A DNA stretch of 64,000 nt from Vulcanimicrobiota bacterium (GCA_963805945.1 CAWDVP010000006.1:192001-256000); one strand, 5' to 3'. Positions 1 through 9,973 are shown, counted from the stretch's first letter. Notes: a model not told the origin generated them from the letters alone. Translations and numbers: made by a program.

Positions 1-23
1 CGTGCGCCACAGAAGATTGCTCC

Positions 24-479
24 ATGCACGCGAGGAAAACGGCGTCCATGCTGCGCATCAGGGTCGCCGCACTGTGCGTCGCCGACGGCAAGGTGCTCCT
101 CGCCCGGCACGTGCGCGGCGGCCACACCGCCTATCTGCTGCCCGGCGGCGGTCTCGAGCCAGAGGAGACCGCGCCGGTCGCGCTCGCGCGCGAACTGCGC
201 GAGGAGGCGGGCGCAGGCTGCGATGTGGGGGAGCTCGCGTATGTGATCGAGACGCTCGCGCCCAGCGGCGAACGTCATCTCGTGCAACTGGTCTTCTGGG
301 TCACGTTGCAGGAACCGATCGGGCGCTCGAGCGACCCGCGCGTCGCCGATTGCGCGTGGCATCCGATCGCCGCGCTGCGCTCCTTGCCGGTCCATCCGGA
401 CGCCGGAGCGGCGCTCGCCGACGACCTCGAAGCGAAGGCCGCCGGCGTGCGCTATATCCTTGCGCCCTACCGCGAGTAA
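24..479 (+). CDS. Nudix hydrolase (start may be ATG at 48)
   Basis: Nudix box [25 protein letters not shown]; 3' end overlaps the ftsZ 3' end by 13 nt. Confidence 0.85.
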   Translation: MHARKTASMLRIRVAALCVADGKVLLARHVRGGHTAYLLPGGGLEPEETAPVALARELREEAGAGCDVGELAYVIETLAPSGERHLVQLVFWVTLQEPIGRSSDPRVADCAWHPIAALRSLPVHPDAGAALADDLEAKAAGVRYILAPYRE

Positions 480-1549
480 CGTAGGAACGCGGGGACCTCG
501 ATCTCGTCCATGTTCACCGGCTTGACCTTCTCGATCTCGCCGACGCCCACGACGCGCTGCTTCTCCCGCGCGCGCGAGCCGAAGCCGGTCGCGAGCACGG
601 TCACGCGGACCTCGCTGTTCATGTTCTCCTCGATGGTGGCGCCGAAGATGACTTCGGCATCGGGGTCCACCGCCTTGGAGATCAGTTCGGCCGCCTCGTT
701 GACCTCGTACATCGACAGATCCGGTCCGCCATAGATGTTGAAGATCACGCCGCGCGCGCCGTCGATCGTCGCCTCGAGCAGCGGGCTCGAGATGGCTTTG
801 TGCGCCGCGTCCGCCGCGCGGTTCTCGCCCGAGCCCTTGCCGATGCCCATGAGCGCCGAACCCGCGTCTGTCATGACGCGCCGCACGTCGGCGAAGTCGA
901 GATTGATCAATCCCGGCTGCGTGATGAGATCGGTGATGCCCTGGATGCCCTGGCGTAGCACGTCGTCGGCGCTGCGGAACGCCTCGGTGAGCGGCGTGCG
1001 CTTCTCGATGATCGAGAGCAGCCGGTCGTTCGGGATGATGATGAGCGTGTCGACCTTCTGCTCCAGCTCCGCGATGCCGCGTTCGGCGATCTGCGCGCGC
1101 TTGCGCAGCTCGAAGCCGAACGGTTTGGTCACCACGCCGACTGTGAGCGCACCGGCGCCGCGCGCCATCTCGGCGACGATCGGCGACGCGCCCGTGCCCG
1201 TGCCGCCGCCCATGCCGGCGGCGATGAACACGAGGTCGGCGCCCTCGACGAGCATCGCGAGGTCCTCTTTCGACTCCTCGGCGGCTTGACGGCCGATCTC
1301 CGGATCGGCGCCCGCGCCCAGCCCACGCGTCAGATTCTGGCCGATCTGCAACGTGTTCTCGGTGCGCGAGTTCTTGAGCGCCTGCACGTCGGTGTTGATG
1401 GCATAGAAGTCGGCGCCTCTGATGCCCGCGTCGACCATGCGGTTGACCGCATTGGTGCCGCCCCCGCCCACGCCGATGACCTTGATGCTCGCCATGTGCT
1501 CCGGCACGTAGCGCCGATTGTCAGTCATTCCAGTATCCCCCTGGCTCAT
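467..1549 (-). CDS. ftsZ: Cell division protein FtsZ
   Basis: [17 protein letters not shown], tubulin signature [20 protein letters not shown]-terminal EVPAFLR. Confidence 0.99.
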   Translation of the reverse strand: MSQGDTGMTDNRRYVPEHMASIKVIGVGGGGTNAVNRMVDAGIRGADFYAINTDVQALKNSRTENTLQIGQNLTRGLGAGADPEIGRQAAEESKEDLAMLVEGADLVFIAAGMGGGTGTGASPIVAEMARGAGALTVGVVTKPFGFELRKRAQIAERGIAELEQKVDTLIIIPNDRLLSIIEKRTPLTEAFRSADDVLRQGIQGITDLITQPGLINLDFADVRRVMTDAGSALMGIGKGSGENRAADAAHKAISSPLLEATIDGARGVIFNIYGGPDLSMYEVNEAAELISKAVDPDAEVIFGATIEENMNSEVRVTVLATGFGSRAREKQRVVGVGEIEKVKPVNMDEIEVPAFLRYSR

Positions 1550-2775
1550 AGCCTAAAGACCTGTTCCCACCACGTCGAGACGCGCGACCATGTGCCTCGA
1601 CCGTTCGTGCGCGCCGTTTTGTCGCCGCCATCGCTGGCGGCGCCGAAGAGCACGAGCCCGACCGCGGTGGCATAGGCCGGGCTTTTGATGGTTTCTGTGA
1701 GACCGCCGACGTGCATCGGATAGCCGATGCGTGCCGGTAGATCGAAGTAGTCCGACGCGAGCGCGTCGAGGCCGGCGAGCTGTGCGCCGCCGCCGGTGAG
1801 CACCAGTTCCGCGAGCATCACCTCGGGCGGGCAGTTCTCGGACAGGTTGGCGCGCACCATCTTGAAGATCTCGGTCATGCGGGCGACGATGATCTGGCGC
1901 AGGAAATGCTTGCTCGCGCCGCGGCTCGTGCGGCCGGACAGCGCCTTGACCTCGAAGGTCTCCTGATCGAGATCCGTCGACAGGTCGGTCGTGCCGTAGA
2001 CGTGCTTGATGTTCTCGGCCTCTTGGAAACTCGTCTTGAGGCCCAGCGCGATGTCGTTGGTGACGATATTGCCGCCCACCGGCACGGTCCACGTGTGGTA
2101 CACGCCGCCACCCCAGTACACCGCGAGGTCCGTCGTGCCGCCGCCGATGTCGAGCAAGGCGACGCCGGCGTTGCGCTCTTCAGGCAGCAGCACAGCGGCG
2201 CCCGATGCGAGCGGTTCGAAGACGATGCCTGCCGGCTCGACGCCGGCGCGATGCACGCACTTGAGCACGTTGGTGACAAAAGATGTACCCGCCGTGACGA
2301 CGTGCGTATCCACCTCGAGCCGGCCGCCCGCCATGCCGACGGGATCGGTGATGCCGTTCTGGCCGTCCACCACGAATTCGCGCGGCAGCGTATGGATGAT
2401 CTGCCGGTCCGCCGGCACGCTGATGATCGTGCTCGCGTCCACCACGCGCTTGACGTCGAGCGGCGCTACCTCGCGCTCGTCGCCGCCGACCGCGACGATG
2501 CCGTGCGTGTTCTGCGACTTGACGTGTTCGCCGGTGACGCCGACGAACGCCGACTGCACGTTGACGCCCGCCATCCGCTCGGCGGTCTCGATGGCCGCTT
2601 CGATCGACTTCACCGTCTCCTCGAGATCGGTGACGACGCCCTTGCGCAGCCCGAGCGACGGCGCCACGCCGAAGCCGATGATATCCATCGTCCCTTGCGG
2701 GCTCTGGCTCGCGATCACCATCGCAGTTTTCGTCGTGCCGACATCGAGACCGGCGACGATATCGTTACGCGCCAA
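1546..2775 (-). CDS. ftsA: Cell division protein FtsA
   Basis: [27 protein letters not shown] actin-like motifs; amphipathic C-terminus; ATGA overlap with ftsZ. Confidence 0.98.
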   Translation of the reverse strand: MARNDIVAGLDVGTTKTAMVIASQSPQGTMDIIGFGVAPSLGLRKGVVTDLEETVKSIEAAIETAERMAGVNVQSAFVGVTGEHVKSQNTHGIVAVGGDEREVAPLDVKRVVDASTIISVPADRQIIHTLPREFVVDGQNGITDPVGMAGGRLEVDTHVVTAGTSFVTNVLKCVHRAGVEPAGIVFEPLASGAAVLLPEERNAGVALLDIGGGTTDLAVYWGGGVYHTWTVPVGGNIVTNDIALGLKTSFQEAENIKHVYGTTDLSTDLDQETFEVKALSGRTSRGASKHFLRQIIVARMTEIFKMVRANLSENCPPEVMLAELVLTGGGAQLAGLDALASDYFDLPARIGYPMHVGGLTETIKSPAYATAVGLVLFGAASDGGDKTARTNGRGTWSRVSTWWEQVFRL

Positions 2776-2791
2776 CGAAAGACCTCACCGA

Positions 2792-2813
2792 TTGTCCACA
2801 GGGCTGTGGATAA
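2792..2813. promoter_or_regulatory. Inverted pair of DnaA boxes upstream of ftsA
   Basis: TTGTCCACA-GGGC-TGTGGATAA; the second box is the exact reverse complement of TTATCCACA. Confidence 0.7.
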
Positions 2814-2931
2814 CCCCGCCAAAGAACGCGCTCGGCGACCCCAAGGTCGCCGTGTTCGTTCCAACATGAACGCATTCCAAGCGAACATCGAGTTCCCTGC
2901 ACTCGCGAAATGTTCGCCGAAAAAATTTTTC

Positions 2932-3717
2932 TCATCTGTATTGCACCGTCGGCGCGTTCGTGCTGCGCACGTCGACGTACGCGACGTCGTCGGGGCGCGC
3001 GAGCCGCTTCTCGATCGCGGTGAAGAGCGCGACCTTGCGTTCGAGTTCGTCGAGGTCGCCGAACACGACGTGCAAGTTGGACGCCGTCACCGCGGTGATG
3101 CCGCGCGCCGAATCGATCTGGACCTCCACCACGTGGACGCCGAGGGCTGCCAAGCGGCTGGCGGCGGCGAGCGCGTCGAGGATGTGAGGCTCGTGCAGCT
3201 GGCTGCCCACCGCGTCCGCCTCGGGCGGCAGCGGCAGCACGGTGAGGATCGGCAGGCCGGCATCCTTCGGGTTGTTCGTGTCGACGTCGAGGACGCGCGC
3301 ATCGGCGTCGAGCAGAGCGACGCCGCTGCCCGGGGTGCCCGGCGCAAGGGTCAAGCGCGCTGCCGGCGTGCGCTCGACGACGGCGATCGAGACCTGGTTC
3401 GGCCACGCGCGCCTGATGCTCGCGCCGGCGACCCACGGCAGCTCGTCGATGCGCCGCTCGGCGGCGCCCGTGTCTAGCAGCCAGATGTCGCGGCCAGCCG
3501 GCAGCGCCGCCGCGCTGAGCACGAGCGTGCTGCCGGTGCGCTCCGCACCGGTCACCGAGACCTCTCCGAGCGCCAAGCGGGGATCCGCGACCAGCAGGCT
3601 GACGCCGTAGGCGAGCCCGCCCGCCACAGCGAGGAAGACAAGGGAGATGCCCAGCTTGCGCCACGCCGCGCCGCCGCCCACCGTATTGCGCTTCTTGCGC
3701 GCCGCGGGCTTAGCCAA
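2932..3717 (-). CDS. ftsQ: Cell division protein FtsQ/DivIB
   Basis: Basic N-terminus, one TM helix, POTRA motif LPWVAGASIRRAWPNQVSIAVVERTP, C-terminal YVDVR; probable TTG start at 3717; upstream of ftsA. Confidence 0.9.
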   Translation of the reverse strand: MAKPAARKKRNTVGGGAAWRKLGISLVFLAVAGGLAYGVSLLVADPRLALGEVSVTGAERTGSTLVLSAAALPAGRDIWLLDTGAAERRIDELPWVAGASIRRAWPNQVSIAVVERTPAARLTLAPGTPGSGVALLDADARVLDVDTNNPKDAGLPILTVLPLPPEADAVGSQLHEPHILDALAAASRLAALGVHVVEVQIDSARGITAVTASNLHVVFGDLDELERKVALFTAIEKRLARPDDVAYVDVRSTNAPTVQYR

Positions 3718-4540
3718 CGGCTTGTCCGTTCGCGAGCACTTCGAGCGCTTCGGCCACGCCGCACTTGTCCTGCGATGCGACCACCCGCTGGGCAGCCGCT
3801 CTGGCCGCCGGGGAAGCGTTGCCCACCGCAAAAGAATGGCCGGCCGCCCGCAGCATCGGCACGTCGTTATCCCCGTCGCCGATGGCAGCCAGGTCCGCGA
3901 TCTCAAGGCCCATCGACTTCGCCAGCCAGCCCAGCGCGTGGCCCTTGTCAGCGGAAGGATCCGTCACCTCGAGGTAGTGCGGCAGGCTTCTGAAGACTTG
4001 AGCCGAGTCGCCCAGCGAGGCCGCCAGTTGCGGGAGGTACTCGGCCACGCGCGCCGGAGTGTCGATCGCGAGCACCTTCATCGGGCCGGTCTCGTCGGGC
4101 GGCGCGCCGTCGAGCAGCAACCGGAGGTCGTCGACCATGACCGGCTCGACGCGCGAGAGCTCGAGATAGCCGCGCGCGGCGTCGTTCATCTGATCGAGAT
4201 AGAGCCGGTCGCCGAAGTACAGCTGGAGATGGAAGCCCGCCGCCTTGAGCTCATCGTAGGCGAGCAGCGCGATCGGCGCCGGCAGCGGCTGCGAGTACAC
4301 GCGCGCGCCGCTCGCGGCGTCGTAGATGGCCGCGCCGTTCAGCACGATCATCGGCCCGAGCAGCCGCAGCTCGTTGGCGAACGGGCGCGCGGCGGAGAAC
4401 AGGCGCCCGCTCGCGAGGCATACCGTCGAGCCGAGCGCACCGATGCGCTCGATCGCCTGCCGGTTGCGCTCGTCGATGGTCAACGATGGCCCGATGAGGG
4501 TCCCGTCGAGGTCGATCGCGATGAGCGCCGGCGGCTTCAC
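3710..4540 (-). CDS. Cof-type HAD-IIB hydrolase
   Basis: AIDLDGTLI, LASGR, DKGHAL, AIGDGDNDVPML. Confidence 0.95.
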   Translation of the reverse strand: MKPPALIAIDLDGTLIGPSLTIDERNRQAIERIGALGSTVCLASGRLFSAARPFANELRLLGPMIVLNGAAIYDAASGARVYSQPLPAPIALLAYDELKAAGFHLQLYFGDRLYLDQMNDAARGYLELSRVEPVMVDDLRLLLDGAPPDETGPMKVLAIDTPARVAEYLPQLAASLGDSAQVFRSLPHYLEVTDPSADKGHALGWLAKSMGLEIADLAAIGDGDNDVPMLRAAGHSFAVGNASPAARAAAQRVVASQDKCGVAEALEVLANGQAVG

Positions 4541-7500
4541 GCCGCGCCTCGGATCTTCGCAACATCTGTGGTGGACCGATCTTTAGATCGCTCCTCCCAG
4601 ACGTTGTGCTCGCCGAAGAGCGCGGCCAGCTCCGCCTGCAATTCCGGCGTGATCGCCACTGCTCGCTGCAGCGGCCGGCCGTCCCCCGCACCGGCGGCGT
4701 GCAACACGATGCGACCCTCGCCGGCGCCCGCGGCGAGCACGACGTCGCGCAGCCGCACGAGGCGGTGCGCGTCGGCCGCATCGCCGAGCATGCGCACGTG
4801 CAGCGCCGGCACGACATCTCCCGAGCTTCGCTCGGGCACTACATCGAGGCCGACCGAGGTTCGCTCGGGCACTGCGTCCGCGCGAGCGGGTGATATGACC
4901 CGCGCCTTTTCGAACGGCCACGCCTCGACCGCCTGGAGGCTCAGCTCCACGCGCTCTTCTTCTCCGCCCTCTTCCAGCGGCACGGCCACGAGCGGCTTAC
5001 CCGGTGCGCGACGTTCCTTGACGCGGCCCTTGATGACGACGATGGCATCGACCGCGAAGATCGGCGCGAGCTCCGCGTACCACTTCGGAAAGACGACCGC
5101 CTCGATGAATGAGGTCTGATCCTCAAGCCGGGCGATGAGCATCTGGTCGCCGGCCTTGGTGATGACGCGGCGCGCCGAGGTGATGACGCCACCTACGGTC
5201 GCCATCTCGTCTTCGTCCGTCTCGCGCAGCGCCGCGATGCTCGATGTCGTCCGCCGTGCCAGGTCGGCCGCCTTGTCGGCGAGCGGGTGGCCGGAGATGT
5301 AGACGCCGATCGCTTCCTTCTCTTGCGCCAGACGTTGTGCGGGCGAGACGTCGGGCACCGTTGGCAGCGCGGGTGGCGGCATCGGCGCACCATCGTCGCC
5401 GCCGAACAGCGATGTCTGGCCGAGTTCGCGCTCCTGCGTGATCTGCTGGCCGTAGTCGAGCGCGCCGTCCAAGCCCGCGAGCAGCGCGCTGCGCCCGCCG
5501 AACGCGTCGAGCGCACCGGCTTTGATGAGCGATTCCAGCACGCGCCGGTTGACCTGCCGGCCGTCGACCCGCGCGCAGACGTCGGCAAGCGACTCGAAGC
5601 GCTTCTCTGCGCGCCGGGCGATGAGTTCGGCGATCGCGCCTTCGCCGACATTGCGCACTGCGCCGAGGCCGAAGCGGATCGCGCCGTCGCTCACCGTGAA
5701 GTCGGTGCCCGACTCGTTGACGTCCGGCGGCCGGATCGGCACTTTCATGGTCGCGCATTCCGCCAGGTATTCCGCCACCTTGTCGGCGTTGTTCTTCACC
5801 GACGACATGAGCGCGGCCATGAACGCCAGCGGATGGTTCGCCTTGAGCCAGGCGGTGCGGTAGGCGAGCAGACCGTAGCACACCGAGTGCGCCTTCGGGA
5901 AGCCGTAGCCGGCGAAGGGCTCGATGAACTGCCAGATCTTGCCCGCGAGAACTTCGTCGGTGCCGTTGCGCACGCAGCCCTCGATGAACTTGGCGCGCTC
6001 GACCGGGATCCGTTCTTTGATCTTCTTGCTGATGACCTTGCGCATCTCGTCCGCCTGACCCGCCGTGTAGCCGGCGATGTCGCGACAGATCTGCATGATA
6101 TTTTCCTGATAGACCGCCACTCCGTACGTCTCGGCGAGGATCGGCTCGAGCTTCGGATGCAGATAGGTGATCTTACGCTGCCCGTGTTTGCCCGCGACGA
6201 AGTCGTTGATCCACTCCATCGGACCGGGCCGGTACAGCGCCACCATCGCGATGAGGTCTTCGATGCACGTCGGCTTGAGCTCGGCGATGTAGCGCCGCAT
6301 GCCGGCGCTCTCGAGCTGGAAGATGCCGGTCGTATGCCCGGACGACAGCTCGGCGTACGTCTTGTGATCGTCGAGCGGGATGTCTTCGATGCGGAACGCC
6401 GCGTCCAATGTCCGCCGGATCTCCGCGCTCGCCCGGTCGATCACCGTGAGCGTGCGCAGGCCGAGGAAGTCCATCTTGAGCAGGCCGACCTTCTCGACCC
6501 AATCCATGGAGTATTGCGTGTTGACGTCGTCGTCGCCGAGCCGCACGAGCGGCGCGTGATCGGTCACCGGGCCCGGCGCGATGACGACGCCGGCGGCGTG
6601 CGTCGAGGCGTGGCGCGCAAGCCCCTCCACCCGCATCGCGGTGTCGAGCAGCTCGCGCGCGCGCGCGTCGCGATGGTAGATGACGTTGAGCTCGGGCACG
6701 CCGTCGATCGCCTGGCGGATTGAGATCGGGTTGGTGGGGATGTTCGGGATGAGTTTGGCGATGCGATCCACGTCCGCGAGCGGATGGGCCATGACGCGTC
6801 CGACATCGCGCACCGCGGCGCGAGCCGCCATGGTGCCGAAGGTGACGATCTGGGCGACGTGGTCCGCGCCGTATTTCTGGCGCACATAGTCGATGACTTC
6901 ATCCCGGCGCTCGTAGCAGAAATCCGTGTCGATATCCGGCATCGAGATGCGCTCGGGGTTGAGGAAGCGCTCGAAGAACAGGCCGTAGCGCAGCGGATCG
7001 ACGTCCGAGATGCGCAGCGCGTATGCGACGATGCTGCCGGCCGCCGAGCCGCGCCCCGGCCCCACCGGGATGCCCTGCTCGCGCGCATAGCGGATGAAAT
7101 CCCACACGATGAGGAAGTATGAGGCATAGCCCATGCGGTTGATGATGCCGAGCTCGTACTCCATGCGCTCCACTTGCTCGGGGGCCGGCTCGCCGTAACG
7201 CTCGCGCAAGCCCACCTCGCACAGCGAGCGCAGGTACTTCTCCGCGTCGCCCTCGCCCGCCGGCACGGGGAACTGCGGCAAGGCGAAGGTCTTGGATTCG
7301 AGATCGAAATCGACCATCTCGGCGACGTCGAGCGTCGCGTCGCAGGCGTCGGGCTCGCCGGCGAACAGCTCGCGCATCTCCTCCGCGGACTTGAAGTAGA
7401 AATCGTCGCCCTCGAAGCGCAGGCGGTCGGTGTCGGCGACCATGCGTCCGGTGCCGATGCACAGCAGCACGTCGTGGGCGGGCGCGTCGTCGCGCGCGAG

Positions 7501-8118
7501 GTAGTGCGAGTCGTTGGTGGCGACCGCCCTGACGCCGAGCTCTTTGGACAGCCGCAGGAGTTGGGCGCGCACCTTGTCCTCGGCGGCCATGTGGTGATGG
7601 TGCAGCTCGAGAAAGTAGCGGTCGCCGAAGATCGCGCGGTAGTCGCGGATCAGCTCGCGTGCGTGCGGCTCGTCATCGTGCAGCAGCGCCTGTTGCACGC
7701 CGCCGCCGAGGCAACCCGACAGCACGACCAACCCCTCCTGGTGCTGCGCGAGCAGATCGAGGTCGATGCGCGGCTTGTAGTAGTAGCCTTCGAGGAAGCC
7801 CGCGGAGACGAGCTTGAGCAGGTTCTTATAGCCGACGCGATTGGCGGCCAGCACGGTGAGGTGATATTCGTCGCGCTGGCTGCGGTCGAGACGGCCGCGC
7901 GGCGCGACGTACATCTCGCAGCCGATGATCGGCTTGACGCCTTTGGCTTTGGCGGCGAAATAGAACTCGAGCGCGCCGTAGAGCACGCCGTGATCGGTGA
8001 GCGCCAGCGCCGGCATACCCCGCTCGGCAGCCGCCGTGACCAAGTCTCCCACCCTGCAAGCGCCGTCGAGCAGCGAATACTCGCTATGGACGTGCAGATG
8101 GACGAAGCTTTTGCTCAC
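4537..8118 (-). CDS. dnaE: DNA polymerase III alpha subunit (DnaE1 type)
   Basis: PHP domain FVHLHVHSEYSLLDG, GPGRGSAAGS, SMPDIDTDF, clamp motif QTSLF, OB fold. Confidence 0.99.
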   Translation of the reverse strand: MSKSFVHLHVHSEYSLLDGACRVGDLVTAAAERGMPALALTDHGVLYGALEFYFAAKAKGVKPIIGCEMYVAPRGRLDRSQRDEYHLTVLAANRVGYKNLLKLVSAGFLEGYYYKPRIDLDLLAQHQEGLVVLSGCLGGGVQQALLHDDEPHARELIRDYRAIFGDRYFLELHHHHMAAEDKVRAQLLRLSKELGVRAVATNDSHYLARDDAPAHDVLLCIGTGRMVADTDRLRFEGDDFYFKSAEEMRELFAGEPDACDATLDVAEMVDFDLESKTFALPQFPVPAGEGDAEKYLRSLCEVGLRERYGEPAPEQVERMEYELGIINRMGYASYFLIVWDFIRYAREQGIPVGPGRGSAAGSIVAYALRISDVDPLRYGLFFERFLNPERISMPDIDTDFCYERRDEVIDYVRQKYGADHVAQIVTFGTMAARAAVRDVGRVMAHPLADVDRIAKLIPNIPTNPISIRQAIDGVPELNVIYHRDARARELLDTAMRVEGLARHASTHAAGVVIAPGPVTDHAPLVRLGDDDVNTQYSMDWVEKVGLLKMDFLGLRTLTVIDRASAEIRRTLDAAFRIEDIPLDDHKTYAELSSGHTTGIFQLESAGMRRYIAELKPTCIEDLIAMVALYRPGPMEWINDFVAGKHGQRKITYLHPKLEPILAETYGVAVYQENIMQICRDIAGYTAGQADEMRKVISKKIKERIPVERAKFIEGCVRNGTDEVLAGKIWQFIEPFAGYGFPKAHSVCYGLLAYRTAWLKANHPLAFMAALMSSVKNNADKVAEYLAECATMKVPIRPPDVNESGTDFTVSDGAIRFGLGAVRNVGEGAIAELIARRAEKRFESLADVCARVDGRQVNRRVLESLIKAGALDAFGGRSALLAGLDGALDYGQQITQERELGQTSLFGGDDGAPMPPPALPTVPDVSPAQRLAQEKEAIGVYISGHPLADKAADLARRTTSSIAALRETDEDEMATVGGVITSARRVITKAGDQMLIARLEDQTSFIEAVVFPKWYAELAPIFAVDAIVVIKGRVKERRAPGKPLVAVPLEEGGEEERVELSLQAVEAWPFEKARVISPARADAVPERTSVGLDVVPERSSGDVVPALHVRMLGDAADAHRLVRLRDVVLAAGAGEGRIVLHAAGAGDGRPLQRAVAITPELQAELAALFGEHNVWEERSKDRSTTDVAKIRGAA
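4568..4594 (+). repeat. Degenerate REP-like palindrome (family A) inside the dnaE 3' end
   Basis: GTGGTGGACCGATCTTTAGATCGCTCC compared with family A GTAGGGGCCGATCTTTAGATCGGCCC. Confidence 0.55.
4820..4878 (-). repeat. Two tandem REP-like palindromes (family C) inside the dnaE linker
   Basis: Minus strand GTAGTGCCCGAGCGAAGCTCGGG (4820-4842) and a degenerate copy GCAGTGCCCGAGCGAACCTCGG (4854-4875). Confidence 0.7.
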
Positions 8119-8129
8119 CGGACGCTAGG

Positions 8130-8143
8130 CAAACACATGTTCG
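8130..8143 (-). promoter_or_regulatory. Gram-positive-type LexA (Cheo/SOS) box upstream of dnaE
   Basis: Minus strand CGAACATGTGTTTG matches CGAACRNRYGTTYG, 11 nt upstream of the dnaE GTG. Confidence 0.7.
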
Positions 8144-8176
8144 CTGCTCTATTTCAGCACCGTGGGGGTACGCCCT

Positions 8177-8248
8177 TGTGGACGCCCTGCGAACGACTTG
8201 TGAACCGCCCCCAATACTTGTGGATGAAAGCCGCAAAGCTGTGCAGCG
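8177..8248. promoter_or_regulatory. Array of five degenerate DnaA-box-like 9-mers
   Basis: TGTGGACGC 8177, TGCGAACGA 8188, TGTGAACCG 8199, TGTGGATGA 8219, TGTGCAGCG 8240; same orientation. Confidence 0.45.
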
Positions 8249-8374
8249 ATGAGGCGTAGCGCGAAATGTAGCGGCAGCCTGCCACCGCACGCCGCCGCGG
8301 CGCAGGAGGGCCTGGCGGGGCGTGGTAAGCCATCATTTTCCACCATACCTATATAGAAGGAACCAGCGCGCTCG

Positions 8375-9973
8375 ATGGCTCTGCTCACCGGTGCTTCCCT
8401 GGGGCTCGAATCGTTCGGCGTCGGCCCTGTCGCGATCGCCCATCGCAACCTCTCCGTGCCGGCGTTGTTCGAGGCGGCGATCCGCCGTGACGAAGGCCTC
8501 GCCGCCGCTGCAGGCCCGCTGGCCGTCAAGACAGGCAAGCACACCGGCCGCTCCCCCCAGGACAAGTTCTTCGTCGAGGAGCCTGGCAGCCAGGGCCATA
8601 TCGACTGGGGCAAGACGAATAAGCCGTTCGACAAGGCCAAGTTCGAGGCGCTGCTCGCCCGGGTGGACGGCTACTTGCGCGACAAGGAGGTCTTCGTCAC
8701 CGACGCCTTCGCAGGCGCGGAACCGGCCTACCGTCTGCCCGTCCGCATCGTCACGACCAAGGCGTGGCACAGCCTCTTCGCCCGCCATCTCTTCATCGAC
8801 CCGACGCCGGCCGAACTCGCGACGTTCGCGCCGCAGTTCGCGGTCGTCGACGCTTGCGATTTCCTCGCGGTGCCCGAGCGCGACGGCACCCGCTCCGAGA
8901 CCTTCATCATCGTCGACTTCAGCCGCAAGCTCGTGCTCATCGGCGGCACGACGTATGCCGGCGAGATCAAGAAGTCGGTGTTCACCATCATGAACTACCT
9001 GCTGCCGCTGCGCGGCGTCATGCCGATGCACTGTTCGGCCAACGTCGGCGCGTCGGGCGACGTCGCCGTCTTCTTCGGCCTCTCCGGCACCGGCAAGACC
9101 ACGCTCTCAGCGGATCCGGATCGCGCCCTCGTCGGCGACGACGAGCATGGCTGGAGCGATTCTGGCGTGTTCAATTTCGAGGGCGGCTGCTACGCGAAGG
9201 TGATCAATCTCTCCGCCGAACTCGAGCCGCAGATCTTCCCCACGACGCGCACCTTCGCGACCGTGCTGGAAAACGTCGTCATCGACGAGCAGACGCGCGA
9301 GTTGGATCTCGCGGACGACTCGCTCACCGAGAACACGCGCGCCGCATACCCGCTCACCGCCGTGCCGAACATCGTGCCGTCGGGGCGCGCGGGTCACCCG
9401 AACCACATCGTCATGCTCACCTGCGACGCGTTCGGTGTCTTGCCGCCGATCTCGCGCCTCACCGTGCCGCAGGCGATGTACCACTTCCTCTCCGGCTACA
9501 CGGCCAAAGTCGCCGGCACGGAAAAAGGCGTCACCGAACCGCAGGCCACCTTCTCGCAGTGCTTCGGCGCGCCGTTCATGGTGCATCCGCCTATGGTGTA
9601 CGCCGGACTGCTCGGCGAGAAGATCGGCAAGCACAAAGTCGATTGCTGGCTGGTGAACACCGGTTGGAGCGGCGGCCCGTTCGGCGTCGGCAAGCGCATG
9701 AAGCTGCCGTACACCCGCGCCATAATCAAGGCAGCGCTCACGGGGCAGCTCGCCGACGTGCCGTGCATCGCGGATCCGATCTTCAACGTCGCCGTGCCCA
9801 CGAGCGTGCCCGGGGTTCCGGCAGAGGTGCTGCAGGCCCGCGCGACGTGGAGCGATCCCGCGGCGTACGATCGCAAGGCGAGGGAGCTCGCGCAGCTCTT
9901 CGCCGCGAATTTCGAGCGCTTCGCTTCGGCTGCGACGCCGGAGATCTTGGCGGCCGCGCCGCGAACGACTTGA
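8375..9973 (+). CDS. pckA: Phosphoenolpyruvate carboxykinase (ATP)
   Basis: TGRSPQDKF, YAGEIKKS, FFGLSGTGKTTLS, GDDEHGW, FNFEGGCYAK, TENTRAAYP. Confidence 0.99.
   Translation: MALLTGASLGLESFGVGPVAIAHRNLSVPALFEAAIRRDEGLAAAAGPLAVKTGKHTGRSPQDKFFVEEPGSQGHIDWGKTNKPFDKAKFEALLARVDGYLRDKEVFVTDAFAGAEPAYRLPVRIVTTKAWHSLFARHLFIDPTPAELATFAPQFAVVDACDFLAVPERDGTRSETFIIVDFSRKLVLIGGTTYAGEIKKSVFTIMNYLLPLRGVMPMHCSANVGASGDVAVFFGLSGTGKTTLSADPDRALVGDDEHGWSDSGVFNFEGGCYAKVINLSAELEPQIFPTTRTFATVLENVVIDEQTRELDLADDSLTENTRAAYPLTAVPNIVPSGRAGHPNHIVMLTCDAFGVLPPISRLTVPQAMYHFLSGYTAKVAGTEKGVTEPQATFSQCFGAPFMVHPPMVYAGLLGEKIGKHKVDCWLVNTGWSGGPFGVGKRMKLPYTRAIIKAALTGQLADVPCIADPIFNVAVPTSVPGVPAEVLQARATWSDPAAYDRKARELAQLFAANFERFASAATPEILAAAPRTT

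Noticed and set aside
4537..8118. Intein or split dnaE
   Set aside because: Continuous 1193-aa ORF with no intein-size insertion or splice motifs
8120..8374. Replication origin in the dnaE-pckA spacer
   Set aside because: Boxes are degenerate, no dnaA/dnaN nearby, and the ribosomal cluster would be transcribed head-on to a fork starting here
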